Below, piece by piece: positions 25,242 through 39,411 of a stretch of DNA of 64,000 nt. The DNA comes from Eledone cirrhosa (lineage: Eukaryota). Location of the stretch: assembly GCA_964016885.1 (NCBI GenBank), contig OZ024746.1, positions 36,146,001 to 36,210,000 of the forward strand. The letters run 5' to 3'. Each line of letters opens with the position of its first letter. Positions within the stretch are counted from its first letter, which is position 1. The notes under the pieces are model-generated. The model was not told where the DNA came from. It did not search any database and saw only the letters and a list, made by a program, of their open reading frames with translations. A program made the translations under genes and the position numbers.

Positions 25242-27770
25242 ATGAGCCAGAGGAAAGAGACAGGAGTAATAATGAGAGACATAGAAAAAACCATGAGGCT
25301 GTTGGTGGAAATAGAAATAGAAACAACACAACTAACAATAACAATAGCACTAGTACACATAAAGCAGCAGCCTGGAACTCAACCTTCTATAATCCCTCCG
25401 ATAAGTCATTCGACCATGCGACGAGTCCACGCCACAAATTTAGCTTTTAACAAAAGCACGCAATTGTCGTCGCAGGTCGATGAACAAACAGAAGCACAAT
25501 TTAGTATAGCTAGATCTAAACTGAGAAATATCATAGAACAGTATAGCAAGAAGCATAATAGAATGGAGGCCCAGCAACTGGGAGAAAAATCTGCAAATGG
25601 CTTGCGTAAGCTCATGCAGCGCTCGCGTAATGGAGAGATAGCATGCTTTCCAACAGACACGTCTAGTAGAATGTCGGTTGACAGTCTGCCAAACTACATA
25701 CAGGCAATGCAACCCCACATCACTAACACAAGAGAAGTAACACCACAGGAGCATGAGGATAGAGAAACAGCCCTCAATGCCCATATGGTGATGTGGACAA
25801 ATATAATGCATCCAAACAAAAGGACTGCCAACAACTTCCAGGCCTGGAACAATGACGTGCCAGCGTTGTATGGGCTTCGAAAAGACCATAAAACTGTCAG
25901 TGACCCTGTTACGGGAGCACCAGCACGGCCAGTCTGTGGAGCTAACATTGCTAGTAACTACAGACTGTCCTACTTCCTCTCCCTGATCATACGCCCCATC
26001 ATTGAAATGTCCTCAGATGTATGTGACAGCACGGAGGACCTCCTCAGCAGAATCGGCGAGAGTAACCGATCTAGGTACATAACAAACTGCATAATAGGTA
26101 GTATGGATGTTGTGTCCCTGTATCCATCTATTGACGTGGATTTTGCTGTGGAGAAATGCGTAGAAATGATCAGTGAGAGAAATGTTGAGTTCCGTGGGAT
26201 TGATACCAGTGAGCTGGAACTCCTACTTAAACTTACCTATAGTAATAATTACCTAGACACATATGACCTTAGCAACCTGTGCCCTACAAGACCAGCAAGA
26301 GGCAGACCACCTACCATTACCTCAATGGCCAAGAACATCCACACGGATAGATGGAACGGGTGGACCAGAGCCATACGGCCCACGAAAACGACGATGATCT
26401 AAAGAAAATGATTGCACATGCGGTGGGAGCCAGCATAAAATGAACCCTTAAGAAACATATGTTCAAATTTAATGGAAAAACATATGCCCAAGAGGAAGGA
26501 GCAGCCATTGGTGTTAGCATTGCAGGCGACATAGCTAACTTATTCATGGTATGGTGGGACAGTAGACTTAAACTTAAAGAACAATTAGAAGACCCCTTAA
26601 CCCTGATAATGTACTCCCGCTACGTTGATGATATAAACATCGTAGTTAAAACACCCCACTAGAGAACAGTCAAGAATTAGAGAAAAACACAATGGAAGGC
26701 ATCCAGCAAATAGCTAACTCCATCCACCGGAGTATTAGTATTACTATAGACTACCCAAGTAAACACCCCAACCATCGATTACCTGTACTAGACACAGAGC
26801 TCTGGTTAGATACCATTAATAAACAAAAAACAAATCCTCCCTTCCCATTATGCCAAACCCATGACTTCCAAATATCCGGTCTACAGAAACTCAGCTGTTT
26901 CAGACCATACCAAAATCAACATACTGATTGCGGATTTGGTATGGGTGATGAGAAACGTGTCCCGCATGTGCAACCCCGAAGAACTAGAGAGACACATAAA
27001 ACACTTCATAACCGTATGCAGTTCTCTGGTTACAATCAGAGAGATAAAATCAGAGTGTTTAGAGGAGCCAGAACCAAATAGGAAAAAATGGTAAATAATG
27101 ACACAAATAGAACCTGCCCCTTGTATAGGAGCAAATTGTGGAATAGAATAGAAAGAACTAGGAATAAGGCTAATAGAATAAACTCATGGTATGATAGCAA
27201 TAAATACCAGAGTGTAATGTTTATCGATACTACCCCTAGAGGTGAATTAGCTTACAAATATAGAAGGGCCCTAGATAAACATAAACTCAATATTAAGATC
27301 ATGCACCTTCATAAAAAGACCAGGTTCCTCCATAAAAACACTTATTAGCAAGACATACACTTTTCAAAGACCCCCACCCCCACCCCTGTATAGATAAGAC
27401 ATGTATAACCTGTAAATTAAGCCCCCATATTAACTGTAAATCTAGAAATGTAGTATATAACATAAGATGTACTGAAGGACAATGTAGAGACAAAAGTATA
27501 GTGTACATAGGTGAGACAGCTCGTAGTGTAGGGGAACGGATAAATGGACACTGGCGAGACCTTCAAGATAGTAAATAATCATCTGTACTCTACCAACATG
27601 CTAAAATAGAACATAAGGATAAATTAGAGAACATAGAAATAAAAATAGAATCTACACACAGAAAAGATGCAATGTTTAGACAAATCACAGAGGCAATAAA
27701 CATAAAAGAATTATAACCAAAATTAAATAGAAAACATGAGGGAACAACAGCATCACAACTTACAATTAAG
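25242..27770 (+). pseudogene. PLE reverse transcriptase + GIY-YIG endonuclease, multiple stops and frameshifts
   Basis: Motifs LYGLRKDHK, PARPV, SMDVVSLYPSID, FKFNGKTYAQEEGAAIG, YSRYVDD, then a Cys cluster and VYIGETARS. Confidence 0.85.
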
Positions 27771-27970
27771 GATAAAATGAAAACACACACGCACATAGAA
27801 CAAACAACCAACCTGTAACATGTAAATAAACAAATAAATAAACGAATATAAACACACACAGACACCCGGATGTGGCGCATGCGCAAACTGAGCACACAAC
27901 ACACACACAGAAACGAGATGGCGTAGGACAGAACAAATGAGAGGCACAAAAACAAAGAAAATAATCCACA

Positions 27971-28013
27971 GTCACTGAAGAGGTCACATAATGTGTGACG
28001 AAAGAACTTTGAC
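27971..28013 (+). ncRNA. Minimal type I hammerhead in PLE pseudo-LTR
   Basis: GTCA-CTGAAGA-G-GTCACATAATGTGTGAC-GAAA-GAACT-T-TGAC. Confidence 0.8.
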
Positions 28014-28161
28014 AATATATAAACAACCATCTGGTTGTGGAACCAACCACCCAACCTGATATTTATAAATTCGTAAATTTATAAATTTATTATAATAAAT
28101 TGAAGTGAATGTATATGGTGCGTGTGTTGCTTATTGGCAACATGACCTTCCCAAAGTATAA

Positions 28162-28219
<58 letters not shown>

Positions 28220-28513
28220 TTCCCCGCTGAAAAATTCCATCAAATATTCTATCTAAGACTATATAGATCAATTGTAGTTTTTCCAAATTGAAGTATGAGT
28301 ACTTAAACTTTATTTTATTATGAGTTAAGACACTATTGGTTTTTTCCCTGGATTTCACAAAATCTGTGGATAAAATCTCTGTCTTGATTTATTTTGAATT
28401 TAGTTTGAACTATTCTCCCACATCTTACGTTAATTTCTTTTCCCATTTTGATGTCATAGTCACTTATATATTATGAAATGCTGTTGGCTCATTGCTCACA
28501 TTGGTTTCTATAT

Positions 28514-28570
<57 letters not shown>

Positions 28571-28879
28571 CATGTATATATATAGATATTGGGTTCAAAA
28601 GGTGGAGCCGGTGACCGCGTTCTGTGTTACGTACAACTCTAAGAATTGCTCCATCCATCGCTGTTGTTGCTTCCCTTGATCGGTGATCACGTCGCCTTAC
28701 TTGCACTTGAGTGACCCCGATCTGGTGGGGGTAGGCCCTGTCGATTTCTTGTTGCCCTCATAAATCCCTCTCGTGTTGTCTTATTCGGAGGCTGCCTGAA
28801 TGCTAGTGTAGTGATCCAGCTAGTAGGCGTTTGTACATCTGCGGGCGGTCTGTTTGGATGATTTCCTGGCGGCCCTAAT

Positions 28880-29909
28880 TGCAGCTGATAACGGGCTCTT
28901 CAACAGTGCCCGTCTCCGTGCTAACACCAAGGTGACCGAGGTTCTTATTCGTGAGATGGTCTTTGCTGATGATGCAGTCCTGACGTCACGCTCGGAAGAG
29001 GGCCTACAGCTGCTTGTCAGTCGCCTCTTCCACTGCTGCAAGGAATTCATTCTGACCATCCATCTAAAGAAGAGAAATGTCATGGTTCAGGGCACATATC
29101 ACCTTCCAATCATCACCATTGACGGGCCCCTGCTGGAAGCTGTCGTCAAGTTTACCTACCTCGGGTCCACCATCTCAGGCTCGCTCACCTTAGAATCGGA
29201 GGTGAACAGAAGGATCACTGAGGCTGCAGCAGTTATGGTCAAGCTGAATCAGAGATTCTGGAACAACCCCTGCCTCACGGAGAAAACCAAGTTGCGCGTC
29301 TAAAAGGCGTGTGTGCTCTACAGCAGTGAGGCTTGCACCACCTACGCGAAGCAGGAGAAGAAACCCGACAGCTTCCACCTGCGATGTCTGTGTGCAAGTT
29401 CCTAACACATAGGTCGTAAAGCGGACTCGTATGAACATCATGTTCGCCATCCTCAGAGAAAGACGCCTGCGCAGGCTCGACCATGTCAGACGAATGCATC
29501 CTGGCCGCATCCCGAAGGGCCTCTTGTATGGCGAACTGGCAGAGGATGCGCAACCGGCCGGACGCCCGCGGGCTTGCTTCAGGGACGTTTGCAAGTGGAC
29601 CTAAAGCTATGTGGCATCAACGTTGCCTCGTGGGAGTCACTTGCTGAGGACCGCCCATCCTGGCGCTCCACTGTGGAGAGAGGTGTGCGGGGAGCCGAAC
29701 ATGTGACAAATGCGTCTCTTTCTGACAGGATGTCCAAGAGGATCGACAAAGAATCCAAGCAATAGCAACCAACAGCATATATTTGCACTAAGGGCACCAG
29801 GGACTGCCACTCATGGGTTGGGTTGTTCAGCCCCTCACGCAAGCAAGTGCAACCGATGAGACCCACGTGGTGCTACTCCATCTTCTTGCGAAGACAGACG
29901 GATGCCGAC

Positions 29910-29912
<3 letters not shown>
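28880..29912 (+). mobile_element. RTE-clade LINE 3' fragment
   Basis: GLFN..RLRA.TKV....IREMVFADD...LQ.L...F...F.LTI..KK..VM, FTYLGS, EVNRRI, RIPK.LLYGEL. The 3' end abuts (TA)n. Confidence 0.85.
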
Positions 29913-29966
<54 letters not shown>

Positions 29967-30049
29967 GAGTTAAACAAAATTCAATGAGTATATCAAAGAA
30001 TTAGATTTACAGTAGATTAGAAGCTCTGGAAAATAATTTTCCGGAGTTA

Positions 30050-30991
30050 TTAATATTAGAATATAATTGTTAATAAAATAGATGTTCTTTTGATCAATTA
30101 CTTTTTATTATACATATTTCGGATGTACAACAGTACGTCCTCATCTGACAAAATATAATGATACATGACATACCCTGAGATGTTAAATGGTTAAGATTTA
30201 ATCAAGGTAGTGATTAACCTAAGAGAAAATTTAACATTTATACCCTAATAATGAGAAAATGCGAAAACGTAATAAGTACATAGAGAATGTGTGAGTAAGA
30301 AAAACGTTGCTTAATGTACCAGTTATCGAGATTTTAATATATATGATACTAACATTTATCTAGGAAAGCATTTCATGAATTATAACAGTCAGTGAGAGAG
30401 TGTGCAAAGATAACGGGGGGGGGGGGGTAATGTTTGCAGAAGGAGATTTTTTACCGAAAGTTAAACGGTTAAGTTTGAACATATTTAATTTATGTTATCT
30501 TAGGCTGAAGAATCAATATTTTAGTTGTTTTTTTTAAATTGGTGTTGTTTTTATATATTAGTTTTGTAAATTTTATAAGTGTGTTAACATTTCTAAACTT
30601 CTGAATTGTTTGATGATAAGATTTAAAGGGTTTAGCTGGCCATTATTAAGGAAAGCTTACACTGTTGAATATTTTCCTAAATGTAATCTTTAATGGAGTT
30701 AGTCATTGTCAACGTATTAGGTAAGTAAAGCTTTTGAAGTATTTATTGTTAGAAAAATTTAAATAAAGTTTATGTATATAGATATATATTAATTAATGAG
30801 CCAGTATATTTTAGGTAAATGATAAATAAAATAAGATAAAAATAAATAATAGATTGAGGCATGTTGAAACTAAAACAATTTAACATCTCATGGTATGTCA
30901 TGTATCATTATATTTTGTCTGTTATACATCCGAAATATGTATAATAAAATGTATTTGATGAAAAGAACATCTATTTTATTAATATTTATAA

Positions 30992-30997
<6 letters not shown>
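30050..30997. mobile_element. Old PLE remnant with inverted pseudo-LTRs
   Basis: 30050-30190 is the reverse complement of ~30875-30997. The second arm carries a short deletion through the hammerhead core. Confidence 0.6.
30103..30153 (-). ncRNA. Degenerate hammerhead (CAGATGA)
   Basis: TTTTGT-CAGATGA-GGACGTAC-TGTT-GTACATCC-GAAA-TATGTAT-A-ATAAAA. The inverted copy retains TTTTGTCTG. Confidence 0.6.
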
Positions 30998-31038
<41 letters not shown>

Positions 31039-31039
31039 G

Positions 31040-31119
<80 letters not shown>

Positions 31120-31129
<10 letters not shown>

Positions 31130-31720
31130 AGAATCAAAGCTATGTTCAAAGCATTTATTCACTTACAATTGTTTCATCCAAACCTAGGCTTGGATTCTTC
31201 GGAGCCTTTGTCAATGTTTGTACACATGATTGACCTCCTTTCCAACGCAAGAGACATACAGATACATATGTGGAGTGACATATATATTATATTTCTGTAT
31301 AGCAATTCAAATTCAACATCAAAATCACATTAAAAAAAATCAAAGTAAAATTAAAATACAATCGGCAGTTAATATAGATAATGCAAGAGAATAGTGTGTT
31401 AGTCAGATGTAGTAGTTATTTTAGTTATTTTATGCGTTAGTTACACGTGGGGAATGCACGTGTATCTCATTTATATATGATCATTGTGCGGCAGGGTGTT
31501 ACATGTAATAGAAGCACTTAAAGCGGGTAAGTAAGTATTATGGAGGTTGTAGTGTAAGGTATTTTTTGTATATGATACAGAAGTATGCGTGCAGAAAAAT
31601 AGTATAGAGGAGAAGCAAAAGAAAGTTATGATGTTTGTATCCACAACCATAATTAGGTTTCGATGAATCAATTGTAAGTGAATAAATGCTTTGAACATAG
31701 CTTTGATTCTTGTGAATTCT
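31120..31720. repeat. ~66-bp terminal inverted repeats, probable PLE pseudo-LTR pair
   Basis: 31120-31186 is the reverse complement of 31654-31720. The left end abuts (GA)n. Confidence 0.65.
31161..31205 (-). ncRNA. Degenerate hammerhead (CCGAAGA)
   Basis: GCT-CCGAAGA-ATCCAAGC-CTAG-GTTTGGAT-GAAA-CAATTGT-A-AGT. It has an 8-bp stem II, palindromic stem III ACAATTGT and a GUA triplet. Confidence 0.6.
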
Positions 31721-31996
31721 ATAAAACTGCTCTGTAGAACAACTGATGCTATTACATTGAGCTATTTATCTTACTCGTAATAAGGTAATAATAGATTACT
31801 GACCTTCACTGTTTAGGTTTTAAAATATATATAACTATAAAAAGTTTTAGTATATACATAACCATAACGAGTATACTTAATAGTATATATATATATATAT
31901 ATATATACATTTCATGTATATTTATCCTTATCAAGCCCTCTTCGGATCTTATTCTTCACATTTATTAATATTTCTATATATACAAACACATACATG

Positions 31997-32059
<63 letters not shown>

Positions 32060-32980
32060 CTGTTGAGAACTCTAATTCGATATGTGATATTTTGTATTTT
32101 TACAAAAATATACACTTTACTGAATTCATTCGCCTTTTATAGGGTTCACTCCCTTGCTGGACTACATATGCGTTTAGTAACGGGGCAGGTGTCTCTATAT
32201 TTCTGAACGAAATGCCTGTTGAGAAAGCAGCTTCCTCGTTCATCTCTTTACCAGAAGTAAGATATAATTTTTATGTGGGTCGACGGTAATTGATTAAGGA
32301 ACTGTAGAAACCCATAAAGCTAGATTTTAACATCTTTCTAGCGGGTCCGGGTAAGATTTTACGTGAGTGTGTGAGTGAGTGTGTTTTTTTTGTGAATGTG
32401 TCTGTTGATTTTTGGCATATAGTTGATTAGTTTAAGAGAAGTTCGAAGATAATTGTAAGATATGCACTCAGTATTTTGAATCTGTCTACAGAATTCTCTA
32501 GACCTTTGTCACTTAGTAGAACCTTAATGATTTTAGCTTTTAAAGAATCTCCCTTTTCTTTAATTCTTTCTACCATGACTGACCCCCCATTGATCTTATA
32601 GACATCTGTTAGCTTAAGAGAAACTTAATGACAAGGAATAGTATGCCATCCGGAACCTGTTTATAGAATTATGTCTGCCTTTGTTACTCTAAAAACATAA
32701 ATAAATAAAAATAAACTATAGCTTTGTAGAATTAGCTTTTAATGAATTCCCTTTTCTATCAACCAATGACCTACACCCATCCCACTCCCCACCCTCTCCT
32801 ACCACTTGTAGAGACCTATAAATACCATTTTTATTTGTTGATACCCATATTCCTGATGATTTCTAAAGAATGAAACAGTTCTAGTCCTGTAGAATCTCAT
32901 CTATATTAAAACTTTTATACTCTGCTATGTATTGAGTACCTTACTTACTGTGGTTACCTCCGATTCAACCCGGAATAACG

Positions 32981-33012
<32 letters not shown>

Positions 33013-34314
33013 ATTATATATGCATGTACGTGTGTTTATGAATGCTTGCGCAGGTATATTTCGCATTGCATGCGTTTTCGTTTATGCGTTCACATATTCA
33101 TATACTTTGTATACACACATAGAAGAGAGGTTTACATATTTTTAGAGTTTCATTTATGGTCTCTGTTTGCTATTGTTTTTTTTTGTCAATCCTGGCATCT
33201 CAAGATGTGTTTAGAGGTTGTAACATATGAAACTGCACCAGTGACGATGGGTGTAAAGGTAAAATACTAATTAGAATAGCGTATAATATGTTACTCATTA
33301 TATCACTAATTTCTCTCACCACATCGACATTTCCTATTGTGTGGCGCATGTATGAGTGTGTCCGCGTGCGTGCGTATATTGTGGGTATGTATGATTATCA
33401 ATAGAAGCTCTCAATGGAATTTGGCCCACATCGTCCAAATTGCAAATTAAACATATATAGAGAGAGGAAGAACCATATAACTTACGTATATGTAAAGCAT
33501 ATAGCATTTAGGAAAACGTAAATAGTGATAGTGGAAAAGCTATTATTTCCCTTTAAGCTACCATTTCATAGTTTGTAAATCGAAGCAAATGTAGTTCTAA
33601 TTAATCGGTTTTCATTTACCAACTATCAATTTGTTAAAGCTAATATTATTACTGATAATCTCTATCCCTCTCTCTCGAACATATATCCTTGAATTTGAAT
33701 TATTGATGCTCTGGGTCAGTGTGCATTCATTGAGCTTTTCTATTGAGAATAATACTCACCATACATAATATATATGTCATGATACCTTAAAATAATCTAT
33801 AACTGCGTCTAATTCTTAATTGATGGAGCTGCAGGAATTGTGAGTAGTACGTTTACGTCTTTATAGCGGATACGACATCAAGGTTTATTTGTATTTGCCT
33901 GGAGAGATAAAAGGTTCTCTCACACCGTGCGGTGTAGAGTTGGTTAGCTCTCAGCTCCGGCCAGATATAATGGTGTTTTGTTGTGTACTGGGCCTTATCC
34001 AAGACGAATCCGCTGATAAATAATTTCCCGTCTTCCGTAGTTTTACTAAATTGAATCATTGGTAATCAATACCCGACTGTTTCATCGATTTTTACTTCAG
34101 TTTACGAACCATAGCATGGTACCATGAGAGAAAAAAATGGATTTCCCCTCTTAAACTCTGTACTTTTTTCTTAATATCTGGTACAAAATACTGTGTTTAT
34201 CAAGCATATCTTTTCATTTGAATCATTGATTCTCTGGGCCAACGTTCATTGATATTTTATATTGGGAAACATAAACATTGTACATTCTATATATGTTATG
34301 ATACCTTAACATGG

Positions 34315-34355
<41 letters not shown>

Positions 34356-37292
34356 TTGTGTGTAAGTAAATGAGATTTTTATTTCATCTTTTGACCCTAT
34401 TGAAACGACTAAATAATTCTATTTAATAACAGAATACATAATAAAATAATCACTTCATTTCCTTCATTCTCACGTTGTCATGAAAATGATCTTTCAGTCG
34501 AAAAACAGAACGATTATTAGAATAGTGCAAAATGTTGTCTGTTAATAACGTTGAAAACTATGGTACTTTATATTAATTAATCTTTAATTTAATTGAATAT
34601 TTACGTTCATGATTTTATTGATGGACTTGTCTCTGATCAAGTATAGTGAAATCATTTTAGTAAATTCCCTCAGAAAAAAAAGAAACCGTCACAGAGCTTA
34701 ACAGAGTGGTGTTTCAGATTCTTGATTTGTTTTCAACGCGATGATAAATACAAAACGTATTCAGAACGTATGAATATAGAAAAGAAATACTTCCTTATTT
34801 TCTAATGTTATTTTTTTACGTAATACCTCATTCGAATGATATATTTTAATAGTGTATGATGTCAAATGCCATGGACTATTTGAATTCGCTTTCAATATCA
34901 CAATATACATTATATATTAAATAAAATAATGTAAAGCCCTGTCGGGTTAGTAAATCATATTTGACTGCTCAAAAACAATGGGCTGCAGATTCTTTTCTTT
35001 ATTTTTATTATGAGATAAACGAATATCTCAAACTTCTATACTTCGTTTCAATATAAATGTTGTAATCGTTATTGGCTCAGAATTCTTTGCATTAATTCAG
35101 GCACATTATCCGAAAGCGATATTCAAAAAAATATGTGAAAATTCCAATGCTTTTGTAGAAGAGTTTAATTTTATTTGATAACATTTATTAGCTTTCATTT
35201 TACGCCATATTTATTTGTGTAAAACAAATCAATTTTAAGAGTTACATAGCGTGTGAAACACCTCACTTTGAAGGGAACTCAAATAAGTTTATTTTAAAAT
35301 AATCCATTGCATCTACATGAAAGGAATGATATCCTAGCTGTACCATAAGTTTAACAATATAAACTGCAAATTTGTCAATAGCGTGATTAGCAATAATAGT
35401 AACACCATCAGCAGTAACAGCAACATCTTTCATCAGTATTTATTTGATCTTAAGTATTGCATGAATCAAGGATTCGGTGGATTTCGTATAGAGAACTGCA
35501 GAAATTGTGGCAGCACCTCATGTTCATTATAAAGCAATTCGTTTTACATTATTGGCCTGTAATGGTCGCCGGCTGAGTTCAATTAAATGGATGGCCTTGG
35601 TTTTTCGGTTGCAGTGATGAGAGAAATAAATCTTTGCAACATTATTGCGCTTACGGTCTATGTGTTCTTTGATATCCATCTCGAATGTACAGGTAATACC
35701 ACATATATTAGAAGGCAAATTGTCACAGCTGAACGGCGTTTAATTTTTCAAGAATCCACTCATGTACTGGGAAATGATTCGGTCAGGCTTTATCAGAAAT
35801 TACTGATCCTTGCTTTTGATATCAAAGATGCACACTGATAACAAATTTGAGCAATGTCGGAAGTCATGTAACACGAAATCTACTCCAGACATACCACGGA
35901 TACTCAGGTAGTTTTGAGTTGTCCCCATATTCGGGAAATCTATACTCATTTATATGTCTATGAATACTCTTCTAGTGTGGGATTTGCCAAAGCATGATTG
36001 CTGCTGATGATTCTGTGAGTTGCGTAAGTTATTGAATGTTAAGCATTCACTGATTTGTGGATTTTTTCAATATTTCCAGATGCTATGTTAGCCGAAACAT
36101 GGAATCTTCCTTCAGTTTTATATTATAGGGGTATTGTTCAAGATGGATCGATGCTATTATTCACAGTTTGCCTAAATATGATAATAACATGTTTAACATT
36201 AAACCAGTTGCTCTCTGCGTTGCTCATCATAGTTTTCAAAACCACGACAACGTGCAGGTCGGAGATCCAACACATCATTTGTCAAGCGTAATTTCTTATA
36301 ACCCCTTCATGAGTTCCCCAAAGAAAGTGATGTAAGCTGTTGAACAGGTCATGATTATCGGGAGCACAACAGACATATTAAGTCTTATAGTCTTCCAGTA
36401 TTTATGATTTTTAAATAGTCACGCGAATTCAGACATTTGATATCGTCGCACAATTGGCGAGGTTTGGTCGAAAGCGTGTTTCCTCATAACATTATAGGAC
36501 AACTTTAGAGTCAGCAAAAGTGGTGGGTCTTGAAATGATATATCAGCTTTGAGCTAACTCATTGTAAACATAAAAATGAAAAATATGTAAATATATTAAA
36601 TGCTGATGTACGCTCCGAGAAGTACCACAAACACTCTTATTGATAAAATGTTTATAAAATATAATCTTTATATCATATAATCTCCCAATTCAGTACACAC
36701 CCACAAACAATCACACACACACACACACATACATACACACTCACTCATATACACACACATGCACACACATAAGCAAGCAGACAGTTATACATACAGGCAT
36801 TCGTGCGGACACACACGCACAAGTAGATAGTCATACAGACAAGCATTTGCACACGCACACACAGGATTCTTATTACAGTTTCACTATATCTGGACATCTG
36901 GATATAAAAATGTGAATGAATTGATCCGTCTTATTTGTCTGACGTTATATTTTCCATTGAGCCTGACATTTTGACCCGATACTCGAAACGGATTCCTTGG
37001 CAGAGAGTTACATATTTTAAATATTTAAAATGTAATAAATAATTTAATATTTGTTTTTACGACTCACTACGAAAATTCATTAAACATTATAGATTGAATA
37101 AATCATAGCGGACTGTGTTTACATTTCAGACATACAGATCGATGCCTCTAGTTAGAAGTGGAATTCTAAATCTTCTCGCGCGGTTAACTTTCTGTCTCCG
37201 TCTATCTATCAATCGATACACGCACATATACCCTACATATGTATATTTTAGTCTTCAAATGTATTATTATTACTATATATATATATAAAGAT

Positions 37293-37391
<99 letters not shown>

Positions 37392-37606
37392 TTTGAAGAA
37401 CAGTCAGTTTAAAATATATCCAATTTTTCTTCTCCTTAGTGAGTAGAAATTAACTAGATAAATAATCATTTAATCGCAATTAAGTTTAAAATGTAACTTC
37501 GAAGAAATAACAGGTAAATGATACAGACTATCCCCCCGCGAGGAACAGTCAGATAAAAGTTACCTAGTCTTTCTTTTTAGCCCGTAGAAATTAACTAGAC
37601 AAATAA

Positions 37607-39411
37607 CACCGTGTAACAAAGACAAATAACTCCTTGTAACAAAAAAAAATTGTTTCTGTGTTCCTGGCTTGTAAACACTTTATTTTGTGTTGCTAAGGTC
37701 CCAAATAAATTAAAAAAAGTGCTATTAAACAGTTAAATGTTTGGGTTCGTAAAATTCTAAGCTATTCACTAGAATTATTGGTATGCTGGATTTTACGTTG
37801 TCTGTAAGTTTAATTTGCTTATGTTAAATGATTATTTTATATATGTTTCAGGTTAAATTAAAATGATAAAATAAAGAGTAATACCTAATGGAAATTATAA
37901 AAGTGCAATAAAGTATAAAATTGTTAAAAAGTGGATTAAAGAGATTTATTGATACTGGATTTTCGCACCCTAAATAAAGGGTAAGTTGTGTTTTAAGCAT
38001 TCGTCTCCAGGATGAAGCAGTGGGACTTGGTCAAGGAGGAAGTGCAGGTGACAAGTCAGAGAAGTCGTCACGAACCTTTCTCAGGCTTTTACACTCTGAG
38101 GGATGGCCTCTGCTTCTGCCATGACGTGTCTAGACTGTTTGACGTTATTTGCTGCCGTTTGTGCCCAAGGAGTGGCGGCTATTTATAGACAGCTCCACCA
38201 CAAGTTTGAAGGGTGTCCTCCTCCACAATGGAAACAAGTTCCCGACACTGCCCCTAGCTCATTCCGTCTGCCTGAAGGAAGATTACTACAGTGTGAAAGT
38301 CCTCTTGGAAACTCTGCAATACAATCAGTACAATTGGGAAATCATTGGAGACTTCAAGATGGTGGCTTTCCTGCTTGGACTCCAAGGAGGCTTTATGAAA
38401 TTCCAATTATTCCTCTGCCTTTGGGACAGCAGAGCCACCTCTGACCACTACAAAAGAAAGAACTGTGAGTAGCGAACAGAATTTATAGTTGGGACCCGGA
38501 ACGTGATGTGGGAGCCATTGGTTGATCCCAGGATTGTGCTCATGCCGCCTCTGCACATTAAGTTGGGTTGATGAAGCAGTTTGTGAAGGCTCTCAACCAA
38601 GAATCAGCCGCTTTTAAGTACCTTCTTGAGTCCTTCCCCAAGTTATCTGAGGTCAAAATCAAAGATGCAATTTTTGTTGGACCTCAGATAAAGAAGGTGT
38701 TCGAGTCTACCGAGTTCTCCAATAAGCTAAATAGGATTGAGATAACAGCATGGAACTGTTTCAAGGCAGTTATTAAGGGATTCCTGGACAACTACAGAGC
38801 TGAAAACTACCAGCAACTGGTGCAGGATCTGATAAAGGCTTTTGGCGCCATGGGATGCAGGATGTCGCTTAAACTCCATATGCTGGACGCTCAACTGGAA
38901 AAATCCAAGGACAATATGGGCGCCTACTCAGAAGAACAAGGCGAACGATTCCACCAAGATGTGAACATCTAGAGCGGAGGTACCAGGGCTACTACAATGA
39001 AAAAATGATGTGGGACTATATCTGGGCGCTAGTGTGGGAATGCGACCTGGACAACAACCGCAAATCCAGGAAATTCAGTCATTTCTGACGTGTATAAGTT
39101 GATTTATAAGTGTTACTTGTTTTTACTTGTTTGCTTTTGATAAGCTTGTGTAATAAAATAAATATATACTCTGTTGATTTAATTATATGAACGGATACAT
39201 TTTTAAAAAATGTGTTTTTTCTTGTAAAATATGAAAATTTCGAAATATCAAACACCTGACCAACTTCTGATAAAATAATATTATTTTTTTATAATAATGG
39301 CATATAACAAAACTGACCCAAACTTCTGATTAAATAATAGTATTTTTTTAATAGTAATGGACCTTATAACAATCACTTAGAACCGGAAAACAAAAAATAT
39401 GTTACACGGTG
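37607..39411 (+). mobile_element. Second Chapaev3-type DNA transposon (different subfamily), defective
   Basis: Perfect 12-bp TIRs CACCGTGTAACA and TGTTACACGGTG. TAA TSD at 37604-37606 and 39412-39414. Confidence 0.85.
38010..39087 (+). pseudogene. Chapaev3 transposase fragment
   Basis: EWRLFIDSS..SLK.VLLHNGN, W.I.GDFKM...LLGLQGG, PPLHIKLGLMKQFVKAL, FVGPQIK, MSLKLH.L......GAYSEEQGERFHQD. Confidence 0.85.

Larger units (their letters stand above)
24998..28165 (+). mobile_element. Penelope-like retroelement, 5'-truncated, resembling the Naiad clade
   Basis: RT and C-terminal GIY-YIG remnants followed by a hammerhead-containing pseudo-LTR and (TA)n. Clade assignment is from remembered motifs (GRPPTIT, DYPS.H...LPVLD, PLYR...W) and is tentative. 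Confidence 0.85.

Noticed and set aside
26441-26443. In-frame TGA in the Naiad-like RT as selenocysteine
   Set aside because: The copy also has frameshifts and TAG/TAA stops and no SECIS was identified, so ordinary decay is the simpler explanation.
28590-28880. Inverted 5' end of the RTE element
   Set aside because: GC-rich and plausible, but no unambiguous endonuclease motif is readable.
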